Source: Podarcis melisellensis
Taxonomy: Eukaryota
DNA length: 64,000 nt
Strand: one strand, 5' to 3'
Assembly (NCBI GenBank): GCA_964234715.1
Contig: OZ174276.1
Part shown: piece after piece, positions 48,116 through 62,016 of the stretch
Layout: each line of letters begins with the position of its first letter
Numbering within the stretch: the stretch's first letter is position 1
The notes under the pieces: generated by a model
The model's input: only the letters and a program-made list of their open reading frames with translations
Database searches by the model: none
What the model was told of the DNA's origin: nothing
Made by a program: the position numbers and the translations under genes

Positions 48116-51100
48116 CTTCAGGGGAGCCGAGGAGGAAGAGACAGAAGAAAACATTAACAAAACAAATTAGTCTTAAAATGAATGAAAGACTTGGGAAAAG
48201 AAGGGAGTGTGTGTGTGAGTGGAGAAGCGAACAGTGAAAGCTGTAGCCCGCTATGAATAAGCAGCATGCCTGTGATATCCATCTGCCAGGACCTGATTGG
48301 GTCATCTAATGGGGGCATTCACTGAAAACCTTCCTTTCTAAAGAAAGTAACTCACAAAAGAAGCTATCCTCCTCTCCCTTTCCCTCCCCTCCTATCCCCG
48401 CCTGACAAATTCTTTAAGCTGTCCTCTGCAGGCTGCCACAACTTGGTTGCCTCCATGGGAGACCCCAGGGCCTCGCTTATTGTGCCACCCAGATCTTTAG
48501 AGAGCCACAGCCCCCCCCCCAGTTCTTAAACTGCAAACTGGAGTCTGATTAAAGCCCACAGAGGCTTCTTTGTCACCCCCTAACCCAGACCTGTGTCAGG
48601 CTTTGGCATTCATTGCAAAGGGATTCTGGCTGGGGTCACTCCTCAACAAAAGGGGTCAGGGAGGAAATTAGCAGCCTATGAAGCATTAGCAAAGCCTTTG
48701 GCGTCCACTCTACTGGAGTGTGCAAATAAAATGCCCCAGTGGGACTGCTTCATTTCTATGGGCCTTACTGCTGTGATACGATGGATTTACTCCTCCTGAA
48801 CATCATCCTGTGTTCCAGTGCCACTAATGTAAAGCTGCGTTGAGTTTTTGGCACTGCCTCCATCCTGCTTTGGCTGTGCTAGAACTATTTTCATGCCACT
48901 TTTGAGCACTGGGAGTGCAGCTTGACCCTGAGCATGAAAAACTGTTATTTGCTGTAGCATTTCTCTCTCTCTCCAGCCTCTGGCAAGGCTGGGCTGCACA
49001 TAGCTCAGCCTGCACTATGTTTCCCAGGTATGCCAGAGTATACTGATTCTACAGCAGTGTTCCTGCTTATCCAATTGGTGCACAGATGGGTCAGGAATTA
49101 TACTTTGCTGTTAGGAAAACATATGATGGTGGGCAACTTGCTTTTCTGCAGTGATTGATAAATATTATGGTTCATTATATGTTCATGTCCTGCTCTTTCT
49201 TTAGAATGCTCAAATCAGCTAACATAGGTCTCCTACCTATGACTGATCATATTCACCTCTTGCTTGTCTGCAAGCAGTATGCTCAAGAACGAGAGGCCCT
49301 ATGACCATATAGGGGACTATACAATGGAAATGAGCAACCACAGCAATATTATTTACTGATATCCCTCCTTCCTAGCCAGAACAGCATCCTTTAAGGTTAT
49401 AAATCCATATAGTATAATTACCTACCTGATTGTGTTGCAAACAGGATGTACAGATAAAGGTAATAAAAAATACTTAGAAATTTTCATATTTATACTCATG
49501 AGCAATGGAGGAAGGGAAAAGTCCAGCCCCACCACATTCACACCTACAACCTTCCTCTGCCCTTCTTTTCCACCACTGCCTAATGCAGAGCTTTGCCTAC
49601 TGATTAAAATATAGTTCAGTACAAATACAGTTCAACAGCTCTAATTATTGCCTAAGATAAGAGTGTATCTTTGCCTTGTGGAAAGACATTGGCCACATCA
49701 GGATTAGGAGGACCAGAAATGGAGAAGGAAGGCAGCCCCATACGGACAGTTAAAGCAATCTGTCCATTGCTATAAAGCAAACATCATGAAGGGTTGTGTG
49801 CTTCTTTCAGCCTGAATAATGTTCCTTGTTGTTCCTGGTCCATCTCTGACCATACAGTGAATTGTTCTGGGCCCATCTCACACTAATATATTTGTCCTTG
49901 AACTATTTACTGTGGAATAGTTCTGTGGATCTACTGACAATATATTCTAAAAAAAGACTCATCTCACCTAACCTCAGTTAACCACTAGCAAAGGCTGCCA
50001 TTCAGTTACATTAAATAGGGGTCTTGCCATTGTCTTCTGTAAGAGTAGGGCTGCATTATTATAGTCATTTTCCAAGTCCTGGAGGAAAAGTTGAATTCTC
50101 TATCCCAAGTCAATGAGCAAAAGCTTGAATGTGTGTTACCAGGTTGGCTAGAACCCCCTCCACTGTGTTGAACACTGTTCTGACTGCTTCCAATTACTGA
50201 TCCATCAACAGAAGCTGAGAGCATGCTTGCAAGCAGCAACAAAGAAAAGTAAGACAGACATTTTCAACCAAGAGATGATAAAAGCAATTTTGGGTCAGTT
50301 TGGGGTTGAAACAAGGTACTTGTATAATATATCACTATGTATAATTGACTAATAAGTCAAGCTTTCGTTTAAGTTCTAAATGGAATTGTGGTTCAAATTC
50401 ATGTTTCCTTTTCGTTTACTTCTACCTTTCCCCAATACCCAATAATATGCACTTTCTGAAGGAAAATTTGTTTCTTATTTTTTCAATGTTTTTCCCTCTG
50501 CATGCCATTTCCTTTGTTGTGACAATAAAAGTACATTGTCTCAATTGAGTTGATAAATCACTAATATTTCTGGCTGATCCCCTAGGAACCAAGGCAAGGC
50601 TCAGAGTGTTGCATACAATCCTGAGGTGGTGAGTGATCTCCCAGGCTTTAGGCCTTGGACTGCTGCTTGAGAAAATGAAATGTACACTGGCAATACCCCA
50701 ACGGAACCTTATTTCTGCATGGAACTTCTGGCGTTATTGCTTCTAACTGTTTAGCATCACTGGTCTCAAGCTGAGGAATACTCTTCCAACAGAGATTCAG
50801 GATACACCCTTGCTTTTGACTTTCAGGCATCTCTTGAAGACTTGTTTAAGATTTCACTGATGGCAATTTCACTTGCCATCTTGATGTAACCCTTGAGAAG
50901 GGTGGAAGAGTACAACTCCAAATACTTTTCACTAGTATTCCTGCTTTCCTCATCTTGCCTCAAACTACATGTAGCCCCTTCACAATTGACACAGAAATTA
51001 TCTAGCAACAACAGAGTGCATTTAGGTTATCTATTAAGGACAGTGTTGCTAACCTGTATGGCAATGTATGTCCACCAAACTGTCTGCAACAGCAGTTACT

Positions 51101-54100
51101 ATCAGCCAAAAATGTATAAATAATCACAGGAAAATTGAAAAGTGAATTATTCACTTGTTGCACTTTCAACTTCTGACTCTGAGCACAGCTCAGCATTTAT
51201 GCACAGAACCAAAGCAGGACTACAGATGTGCTGTAGTAGATGATGCTTCTACCCCCCATTTCCTTCACTGTAACACAAGGCATGTACAGCATATTCACTC
51301 TCCTGCATCTTGATTCTCTGTTTGGACCAAGCACTCTTCTGAGGGTTGGGGGATGTGAGAGAAGCTTTGTGGAGTGTGTCTACTGCCCTGACCAAGGCCA
51401 AAGTACCAGGGCTCAGCAAGTGGAAGTCCACTTGTGCAGTTTGTAAGAAGAGCAAGGCTCTCCAGGAGCTGGGGTACCACAGGGGAACACAACACACATA
51501 AACCTCCCCAGATTGGAGAAAATGTTAGTCTTATTTAAACAAACAAACAAACAACCTTGGCAAGCTGCAACCTCAAACCCAGCAATCTCTTGTCCAGTCA
51601 AAACAAAACAGATTTGGGAAATGGTACCTTTAATATATATATATATAATTTTAAAATCCTTAAAGCAGGATAAAAAGGTGTGGCGGCTGTTTTGTCTCAT
51701 TTGCAGCTTCAGAACATGTCAGGAGCATTCCCCCCCCCCTTCCCTATCTGTTAGCTTAGTTATTTTCCGAACGATTCCTTCACAAATCAGTGCACTCACT
51801 TTTAGTGCTTCTTGTATTTGCACAGTGTGGACAGCATTAAAAACCCATCATTGGGGTTTCCATGTGCTGGGCAGCAACTGACACACAGCCTTGCCTGAAA
51901 AACCTCCCTGCCCTGATCCTTCTATGGTCTACTAATCCTTGAACAAGGAATTCCCAGCATGCTGCTGTCTGTGCTCACAGGATGGTGTTCATGTGGAGAT
52001 GGAGATCATAGGATAATCAGAATGCCTGGCACTAAAACCGCACAGCACTAAACACTTCTTGAGCAACGGTGCTAGAGCTATTTGGAGCCTATGACAAAGT
52101 GCACTTCTTGTGTCAGCTGGGATGCATCATCCCAGATGGAATGCCAGATGCTTGAGAGACAAAGTGGACATGTTTGCAGTACATGATATTCTGGTTGTAT
52201 TTTGTGGGAGATTGGTTCATATTGTTCACAGCACATCTGTTTTATTCCTTCTGCTTCATGTTTTATTTCCCTATGTATGCACATTTCTTGGGGTTCATTT
52301 CTCAGGGCTGCTTTCCAGTTGCTCACTCAGAATGGTCATCATCAATAGCATCATCTTGATTTCTCAGGACTATTCAGCACTGTTGCACTTGTGTCTGATT
52401 CAGGAACAGAACGTATCTCACAGAGAGACAAACTGGGATGGGGAGAACACAGCGGCATGATGTCTCCGGGTTGTGTGGCAGCTATTATGGCTTTCTCATT
52501 ATGAGCTCCAACATAAAATTTGCCATACAGTTTTAAGCAGGATAACATGCTTAGGTGAGACAGAACACTACAGATAATCTCCAAGTCACATGAAAGTTAC
52601 CTGTGAAGCAGACTTCAGAGCTGATCTTTTGGAGGAGTTGGCTCTGTTTCTACAGCTGGATGAATCAAACACCCTAAATAAGAACATTGCTTAAACATTT
52701 TCCATGCCTGCAAAATTCCTTGTTCTCTTGTGCTACTACGTCACACCCAGTGTGTAGGAGCAGGCAGCACCTGTCTCCTGAGAAGATCGAACAACTAAAG
52801 ATGACAAGAAAACTATCAGTGGGTACCATGAGCACACTTCATTAAAGAGGGATCAATGCATTTGCTTGGGTAGCTACTAAGCTCTATACAGTACAACACA
52901 TAGCGAAAATATGGGCCAACAAGTCAACAGACAGCGTAATTACAAGTTAATCCAGTCTCTGTGGAACTGCATGCTCCAGCTGCTTTGAGTTCCAGCTGCA
53001 AAGCCAGGTCTCCAAACCCCTTTATAAGAAGCTGCTTGACCCCAAATCCTGCAGCAGGCCACAATTTCAGCATGAGGTATAGAATGTAAGAGAAGGAGAA
53101 ATGGTGTCATTGAACAATGGGCCAGAACTGTAATAAAATTCTGCTCTGAGGAGCAGGAAAAGAACTAGTAAAATTACCCATTCTCCATAGCTGATCACAT
53201 CAAAGTGTTAAAAAGGAATGAGACACGAGGGTTGACTTTAGGTTTCCACTAAATCCCAAAACAAATTCCAGTATGGAGAATAGCCATTTCCAGATAAACC
53301 ATCTGAACATTTTCAGACGTTTCTCCAAAACACAAATATGAGCCACATGGCCCTCCATAATCATGCAGCCAGTGCTGGAGAGAAAGGGTGCAATGAGTAG
53401 TCAAAAGCTAAAGCAGGAAACACCTCACAGGTAGGTTACCTGGGGTATTGCTTTTGCTAACCTTGTTCTTTTACTAACAGAATATCTGGCACCATTTCTA
53501 TCTCCCATGTTAAAATACAATTCAGATAAAGTAGGCCAATCAGTTAGTGATGGTTCCTTACTCTTGCTACAAGAACTCAGTGATACGCAGGTCCCATCCC
53601 ATCCTACAATTCTATGATTTTATGTTCAGGCTCAATCTGTCCTTGGAGTGAGTTTATTGGTTTTAATATCTTCAAGATCAACTTCAGAGCAGCAAATGGT
53701 TCCATGGGTGACAGTAAAAATGCTTTTGCAGAGCCAGTGTCTGCTTTCTCTGCCAAGTAGCTACAATTTCCTCCAAATGTTTTGCTGCTTCAAGCCTTTC
53801 ATTGATTGAGCCTGCCTTTATCTTTGCAACCTTAAGGTGACGGGTCACTGAGGGGCTGGGGGCTGGAGATGCTGTTCCCACTGCAGAAAATGGCATGCAG
53901 TGGTTCTGCCTTGGTACCATAATTCAGCACAAAGCCTGGGTGGATCTATCAGACAGAACGCTAAACTCAGTTATATTTGTTCCTTTGACTCTGATATTAT
54001 TTTATTATACCTCTCTTTAAATTTTAAAAAAGCGAAAGTCTTGTCAGTGGTGGAGGAAAGACAATAAACCAACTACATAAAGATTTTGAGTCTGGTGTAA

Positions 54101-57100
54101 TATTTGAGGGGTCAAATATTTGAGGGGTCAAATGTCTCCTCTATTTAGAGGGTTATTTATTAAATATATGACATCACAATCACATGGGTAGCAAATCCCA
54201 TCAAAATTTATTTTATTTGGTGGAGTTGGTGAACAGGCAAGACCTTTTTCTTTTTTTCTATTTCCCTCATTGTACAATGTACATTGTGTTTTTATATCCC
54301 ATTTATAATTTTATAGATAAATCCATTTCATCCACTTCTGGTTTTGTTTTTTTTACTTTACTATCAAAAGGGAGGTATAAATTATTTTGTTGTTAATGTT
54401 TTTTTGTGTGTGTTTTGGTGTATTGTCTGTTTCTGTTATTCAGTTTTTAAAAAGCTATTCTGGAACCATTTAATGTATCTTTTTATTTTTTATTTTCAAG
54501 AATAGCATCACTCTTGACATGTCAAACATTACTCTTCCTTTTCTATAGCACTTATATCAGGCATTCCCATGTTAGAATGAATGCCATTATTGCAGAGATT
54601 TGTCCATTCTACTCTTTGTACAGGGCTTATCCGTATTTTCAAATGCTTAATACATAAATAACAGCAACAAACAAATAAATATCTATTTACTTTTGGCCTG
54701 GCTAAACATGTCCAGACTTCCTTAAACCTTCTAGCAGCTGGAGAATGGAAGTAAGAAACAAGAACATAGTTCAGTAGCCATCTGGTTTTTACTTGCTTGC
54801 TTTGTAGCAGTAGAGACAATGGCTAAACCAAATGGATTTCCTCCACAGTTTGGCACTAGCTAAGGCCCGTATCAGCTGCTCCCCCATTATCACCTTTTAA
54901 AGTGTGCAAGGCTGCCTCTGTCTTGCAACTGGGCAGCATTTGTGCAGACATGTCATTTATAACAAGCTATACAAGTAACCAGAGCCAACTGTTATGTGAA
55001 AGCACTAGCTCTCACAATCAGGGTCTAAAACCTGACAGTGGTCCTCCCTGAATCCCAAAGCGATTGCGTGGTGACACTATTTTGCTAGTCCTAGGTTGTA
55101 TATGCAAAATTACATTCTGTTGCAGGTGCAGTTCATATGCTCAAGGTGATTCCGAGGAGGTTGGCTAGATAATTCTACAGATTCACTAGAGCAGAGTTAC
55201 AGCTTTTGTCCTGACAAATGCTAATTCACTGATACCAGCTCCCTCGGAGCCACACTGGATATTCTAAAGAAGCACACTTCCTCTCTCCATGCTTCCATGT
55301 CTCACACAAAGCAGGGTAGATTGGCCCTGCCCTTCATAGATATTTTCCCCACTGTGTTTGTTCCTGCAGTGGAAGAACACCCAGCTCACCCAGGGGGTGA
55401 ATATGCACCACACCCCTTTGAATGAGATCTAGGAGAATGGAAAGGAGAGTTTGGCTTCCTCTATCTTGCCACTTCTACAGCACACCTGGCATGGCTCTTG
55501 GTCTGTTCATAGTGTTTGAGCAGTGTGGTAGTGCTTCTTATTAGTAACTGTAACTTCCTAATTCTGAATTTTAAATTATTTGTAACCTGCCTTGGGATCT
55601 GCTGGTGAAGGGCCTGTAATAAATTTAACAACAACAATTGCAGAGAGATATATTCTGTTTTAAGAACATAAGTCCTACTGAAGTCAAGTTGCAGGGTTCT
55701 GCTGCTCAAACTGGTTCGAGTGCCCTTGGTATGTAAAGCGTGGTTGGTATGTAAAGTTGGGGCAGAAGAGGATGTGCCAGATGCAAACAGGGAGCTGAAG
55801 TGAACAAGTAAAGCTCCATGAACCCTGCAGCAATCCCAGCAAAGCATAACTGCTATTAACCTCACCCTTGGAACAAGACCGAACAAATAAGCCCCTAGCA
55901 ATATCCTTTCTTCTTGCTGAGCAAGATTGATTGAAAAACAAATTGGCGCAAATAAGGCATGAAATTAGATTAAAGCCTCTCACTTGGGGCTGCCAGGACG
56001 GAAATCAAGACTTGGGCAGGCTTCTGTGGGAGCCGAGGCACCATTAATAAATCTGTCTGTGGCCCCTCCTTGTCCCCGCAGCCTTACAGCCCAAGAGAAT
56101 ATACTCATAGCCACCACAGTATTATAATCAAGCAGAAAGAGTTTTCTTCTTGTTCATGGGTTGCCAAATGATAGTTCATGAGGGTGTATTTGTGAACTGC
56201 TGTGTGCTGGCAAATTTAAGAGTTCCTGATTACAGCTCCCTTTAAGGAATACAACCCTGCTGATTTCAGATCCACCCAGTTAAAAACAGGAATAGGAAAC
56301 CAACTTGATGAGATTTTTCCTACTGTCTGAACACAGGGCAGATTTTCTGCCTTGCCTGTCATTTGCAGATGATGGGGAAGACAAACAGGAATAAGAAACA
56401 AGTTAAAGGTGAGTTGAATCTTTTAGAAACCTTGCAAGATGGCGGGGAGCAGAGGGGGGAGCACACAATCATCTGCTCCCTGGGCTCCCCAAATTACCCC
56501 AAAACAACAATTGTCCAAGTATTCAGCTCACCCTTCCAAGGGCTGGAATACACCTCCCATCTTTCAATCCAATGCAAGTCCAACTGTGCAAGACTTTAGC
56601 ATATGAAAAGAAGCAGCAAAATACTTGTCCAAGGATAGACAGAAAATAGTATGTTGTCAGGAGTGGGACAATGAGTTGAACTAGATGCCACGGGGATCGT
56701 AGAAGTTTCTGTTTCTTGAGTGACAGCAGTACTTCTTTAAAATTCTTATTCTAGAAGCAGAGAACATACTGCTGGGGCTCCAGAAAGGAAACTGATACCA
56801 TCACACTGAAACTGGTTTTAAGAAAACAAAAAAGGAAGGTGGGTTACACTTGGGATTACTTCAGCCCTGGCCATCAGGAATTTGCACATTTTGTCTGGTC
56901 TAGATAGCCTGCTAAAATTTGTGATTGCCAGCTTCCTGACCCTTCACTAGCAGGGGAGGGGCAGTGTCTTACCGCTTATGTGTTCCAGAAAACAGTCTGG
57001 AGGCACATGATACAATAACCTTGATTAAGCAAAGCAGTTCTGATCCTTGTGAATCCATGTATGTTAACTTGCATTCCATCACAGAACAAAAGGCATAAAA

Positions 57101-58242
57101 CAACTATGTTGAGCTTCAGAGGCAATCCAGGCACTTGGAAGTGTGGTGTGAGAGAATGGATGATCCATTTCCTTTCTGTACTGAGCTGCAAGCTCCAGAG
57201 AAGAGCTGGAGCACATCCATATTGCACTGCACTTCCAAGAGTAGCAAATCCAGAGTAATACTACCAGTTTAAGAGAAGGGACTTGCACAAGTAACTGATG
57301 GCAGACTCTGCTCAATAGATTTTCACTACACAAAATTTCATTCATGTTTCCTGGTTCACCCCACAGCTAAAAGTGCAAACTGCCTATGTGACTTCATAAA
57401 GCCAATCTTGAAGTGAAATCATTATACCATCTTTGGTTCCCACCTACTGTTTATTTGGGTTGGGTTGGGGAGTAAATTTACATATGGGACCTCCCTTCAG
57501 AACAAACATTTTATTTTTAAATCATGCATCAACCCCTCTCTCACCCCCACCCCTAAACGATGATACAATTATTGGGAATTAGAATAGTATTGTAAAAGAA
57601 TTGTGGGAAAGTGGCATATTAAAAATGCACGTCTATTTTAAATGACAATGAAGAATTTATACTATATGGAAGTGTTTCAGAGGAGAATGGAATGCAGTTG
57701 TCAAGGGTACCCACACCTGCTTCCTTCCCTTCTAGCTTCTATCAAGATGCCCTATTGTGGAAAAGCAGCAATATCCACCCGCAAAACCAAAGCAGAATGA
57801 AAGGGCTCAAACCCAGAGGTGGCGGTGGAGTGTACAAAGGACTTTGCTTTATGTTTGACAGCAAGTCATAGCCCCCGGTGGGCGCCTTCTAACCCTTGTC
57901 ATGACCTTCGGCTCCCTCCATTGTACAGGGGCTCCATTGTGAAGTGTTCTTGCTGAAAGCAAGGGGATAGCGTTAACTTGCTGAATGCCATTTTGGGGTC
58001 TCTCCCATTAGGGTATGAAGGCAGGAAGGACAAGGAGCAGCCAAGATGTTTTGTTATTAAAGCTTGAGCGTACTGCTTAGCACCGGAGTATCTCATTCAG
58101 AGCCCACTGTGGCAGCATCTGTCTCCCCCATTTTGCTGCTTCATCATATCAGAGCTCAAATGGAGGTGTCACAAGGTACCTCACATTTCAGAAGGCAAGA
58201 AAACTGGAACCCAACAGAATCCAGCAACTTGATAACAATAGG

Positions 58243-58355
58243 GGCAGGGATGGGAAGCCTGTGGTCCTTCGGATGTTGTTGGATAATGACCATGGTAAAT
58301 GGTCAGGCATGATGCAAGTAATCCAACAACATCTGGAAGGCTAAACGTTCCCCGT
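58243..58355. mobile_element. Old hAT-type MITE
   Basis: cagggatgggaagcctgtggtccttcggatgttgttgga ... tccaacaacatctggaaggc inverted arms. Confidence 0.55.
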
Positions 58356-58369
58356 TAGAGAATACATCA

Positions 58370-58790
58370 TGTGCATTTTCAACTACATTTCTGATATTTC
58401 TGCTGAGATGCTGCAACATAGTCTCAAGCTCAGTGTGATCAAAAACAAACTTCTCATCTTTCCTCCCAAGCCATCATCTCTTTGTCCGTCACCATCCACC
58501 CAGTTGACCAGGCACAAAGCCTTGGTGTTCTCTTTGATACTTCCCTTCCCTTTGCCTCTCAAAATTATTCAGCTCTCTCAGAACTTTGACTTTTTGGCCC
58601 TCATCTTTAAGTCCCTTCTTGTCTTCAGCGTTCAAAACCTTCCATAGCCTCATCTGTCCTTTTCTCTGCACATATTTTGCAAGAGATCATTTTGTCTAGC
58701 TCTACCATCCTCAGCCATTCAAATGTATCCTTGCTACCTGAAGTAACATTTTCCCTTGCTGCTCCTTATGACTGGAACTTCCTCCCGCAT
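58370..58790 (+). mobile_element. Decayed L2 LINE ORF2 (RT C-terminal region)
   Basis: Across frameshifts reads ISDISAEMLQHSLKLSVIKNKLLIFPPKP...TIHPVDQAQSLGVLFDTSLPF...FSLAAPYDWNFLP. This matches L2 motifs LKLN-x-KTELL, A-x-NLGV-x-FD-x-x-LSF and AAP-x-x-WNSLP. Confidence 0.75.
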
Positions 58791-59136
58791 GGGACTTACT
58801 ACCAAGAAACAAGCATAGGATAGAGCGTCCCCATACATATTTATACTAGTTGCACGCTTTTCACATGACAAATGGCAGAGCCATAGCTATGGGGATAGCC
58901 ATCCTTTTTTGCCCTAGGTGATGCCTCCAGAGGGGTGCCATTGAGGCTCCCTGCCTGTGTGTGTGTGTACACAAATGCACATGGGGGGGGTACCAAAGTG
59001 AGTCTTTGACCTGGGTGAAATAAAGCCTAGTTTCTTCCCTGCAAGTGGCTAGATAGAGTCTGGCAGGTAGCCCTGTCAAAAAAACCTAACTTGTCATGCC
59101 CAGCTTGCAGGGGGAACCACAAAAAAGACTCTATGC

Positions 59137-59541
59137 CACGGGTGTCAAACACAAGGCCCGCGGGCCGAATCCGGCCCGCCAGACCTCGTCATGTGGCCCG
59201 TGTAGCCGCCACCGGCCGCCAGCCTTCACCTTTTATTCTCGCTTTTTTTTTTTTGACACAAGAAAGCCGCCTCTTCGGCACATGCGTGGCAGCCTACAAG
59301 CCAGAGAACGTCTGCCCTCTAGCAGGGCCGGCCGTTCTACACAGGAAACCTCCACTTTACACGCATTCAGGAAATCTCCACTTTTTTTTATATTGAGCGC
59401 ATGCCATCCTGTGATGTGACAGATCCAACGGCTGCCTGAACCCTTCTCTCCTGTACTGTAAGTCCTACAGATACAACCGGCCCTTTGAGGGTGACCAAAC
59501 TGCTGATGCGGCCCCCGATGAATTTGAGTTTGACACCCCTG
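59137..59541. mobile_element. Young non-autonomous hAT-Charlie element, 405 bp
   Basis: TIRs cacgggtgtcaaac / gtttgacacccctg. Perfect TSD ctctatgc (59129-59136, 59542-59549). CpG-rich ggcccg subterminal repeats. Confidence 0.92.
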
Positions 59542-62016
59542 CTCTATGCTATATGACACCCATTCATTGACTTTATCAACAAACAGTGGGATTTATGCCT
59601 ACTCCCAACAGCCCATACAACTTTCTGGAGAGGTCTAATCCTTCATGTAGCTAATCCTGTGTAAAATGACAATCCCACTGCAAATGTTAATTGAATGTAT
59701 TTTCATGTTAAAAGTTTAATAAAAATATTTGGGGTGTGTGTGGAAATTGTGCCGGTTGCATGTCAGATGAAATAACTCTAAACCACCAACCTACAGTATC
59801 ATTCTAATCTGAATTGTCATGTATTTAATTTAGAACATGAATTTGTATTTTACAAAGTATAACAATGCTAGCGGCAAGGTCAGTCAACATAGCCATTCCA
59901 GAGTCACAGTGGTTCGCCTTCCTGATTATCAGGAAAATTACCAGAGTTTTCTCCCCACCTTCTCTCTCCTACCCCCATTTCTCTCAGCTAAAGTGTTTAT
60001 GGAACTGCAAAATGAGGAAATTGAAAGGCCAAATGCAGCCCATCTCCAGGGGCAGAGAAAGAATGTTCCCTACAGTATGGCCTCTGGGCTGTTGTCCTGC
60101 CCAGCTTAGGTCAGTCCAAGCATTTGCGTAACTGCATTATATCACAGCTGCTGCAAATGAAGCACACAGATAGCCAAGATAGAATGGGTCATATCTTACA
60201 CTATTCTGCTCCTATACTTTGTGGGAAATCCTAGGAATGTGATAAGACCTACAGGAAACCCTAGTTCTACAACAGAGCAAAGATTTTTTTCCCAGTTATT
60301 ATTTCCAGTAGCTGCCCAGGGTGTACAGATTAGCCTTTTGAGCAGCAGCAGTTCTATAATCCAGGAAAGAATTTGCAGCCAGAAATGAATGACGCTAACA
60401 GCAACTGGTAGGGAAAACTGGCAAGGCAGGATGCTGGTGCACCAGAAGAGAGGTAAGTCGTGCTGAACTTCGTAATGTGGCTCACAGGCCAAGTTTACCA
60501 TATGGAATAATTCATTTAAGTCAATGAAGGTTTGTTTAGCTGAAACAATCCATGTCTACAACCATAGTTGGAATGCACTAAATCAGAGCTAGGCAAACTT
60601 CAGGGCTGAGGGCCATATTGGTTGGGGACTGCATACCACTGGTGGTCAGAGCCAAGGCCAAAAAGTGGGCATGGCCATTCCCACTCCCCCTTCTCTCCCT
60701 CTTTCTCTCTCCTTCCCTTCTCTTCATCGATCCATCCCCCTCTTCTCTCTCTGACATGCACACACGTGCGCACACACACACATCCCTCACACAGACATGG
60801 ATGGTGTGCCTGTTTCTCAGCCAAATTCCTGCCTGGTCAGCCCCTTCAGAGTCAATGTCAGAGCATCTTCTAGTCATCTCGTCCAACAATACAATCCTCT
60901 GCTTGAAGCCAGAGCTATATTTCCATTCAGCAGCCCTCCACAGATATACCTGCTGCACAAGCCAGAGGCCAATGTGCCAGGAACAGAGCAAACAGACCAC
61001 AGAAAAGTGCCTACAAAGCAAACAGATTGAGATGACTCAAATAAACAACAGCCATAACATACGCAGACATACAAGCAAAAGCAAAAACGCACCCTGGAAT
61101 CATTACATCTTTGGGATTCTCTACCACAAAAGTGACAAGTAAAGCAGTGCATAATCATTATAAAACCTGCAGTACTACCACTAACAAAGGCACAATACTA
61201 GGACAACAGGCACATCCCCACAGTGCAGCTACACTTAGAACATAACTGTAGGAAGAAACAGCAGAAACCAACTCCTTGGTTGGCAGAGCATTCCACAGGA
61301 TGGACTTCATCAGTAGGATATACAGGCCCTAAGACAAAGTTTTTCCCAACCTCCTCCTCCAAAAATTTCAGATGGACTACAACACCCATCCAAAATGTTC
61401 AGTTCCAAAATGCCGAGGGTAGTTGACCTAGCCTGTACCCTGGTTTAAAGTTCACCACTCATACTGCTAACTGGGCCCAGAAGCTAACAGGAAGCCAGCA
61501 AAGCTAGAAGCAATTTTACCAAGACCTGTGATGAGTAACCTGTCAAAGATGAACTGCAGCATATCATACTCCCCCAAACTTCCCAAGTGTTTTTGAAGGT
61601 GAACAGCAATAACCAACATGAGAGATTAAATCCTTGTCTAAGCAGCCACACGGCTATCCCATGAATTGCCCACCTGCCCATTGCTACCCTCCAGCAACAA
61701 GACAAGGTTTAGGAGTAGAATTATAAAATGAGAGAGAAGTAGAAAATGTCCAGGTTGCTCAGCCTAAAATGTTCAGCAAGGCTGCTGGCTCAAAACGTTG
61801 GCAAAGAGCAATTTTATAAAAGCAAATGAATTTTAATTGCTTTTCCAGTCAAATGCAGATGTTATATAACTAAAGCAAACCCTGGTGCAGAACCAGCAAT
61901 GGCAATGTTTTCTCTCTTTCACACTAAAGCTGGTCTTGGCTCGTGATCCATTTGAGATTTCTCTACAAAATATACATTCCCCTTTCTTTCAGATTTGGAG
62001 CCACTTTCAACTTGAG

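Noticed and set aside
47832-48305. 157-aa minus-strand ORF
   Set aside because: Only 48041-48115 is the NTN1 exon. The flanks are intron read-through beyond clear splice sites.
60578-61158. Cluster of overlapping ORFs up to 174 aa
   Set aside because: They span CT- and CA-rich low-complexity sequence, which depletes stop codons. No domain similarity recognised.
61286-61317. Possible second hammerhead (minus strand CUGAUGA-A-GUCCA-UCCUG-UGGA)
   Set aside because: The GAAA box after stem II is missing and no closing stem I is evident.
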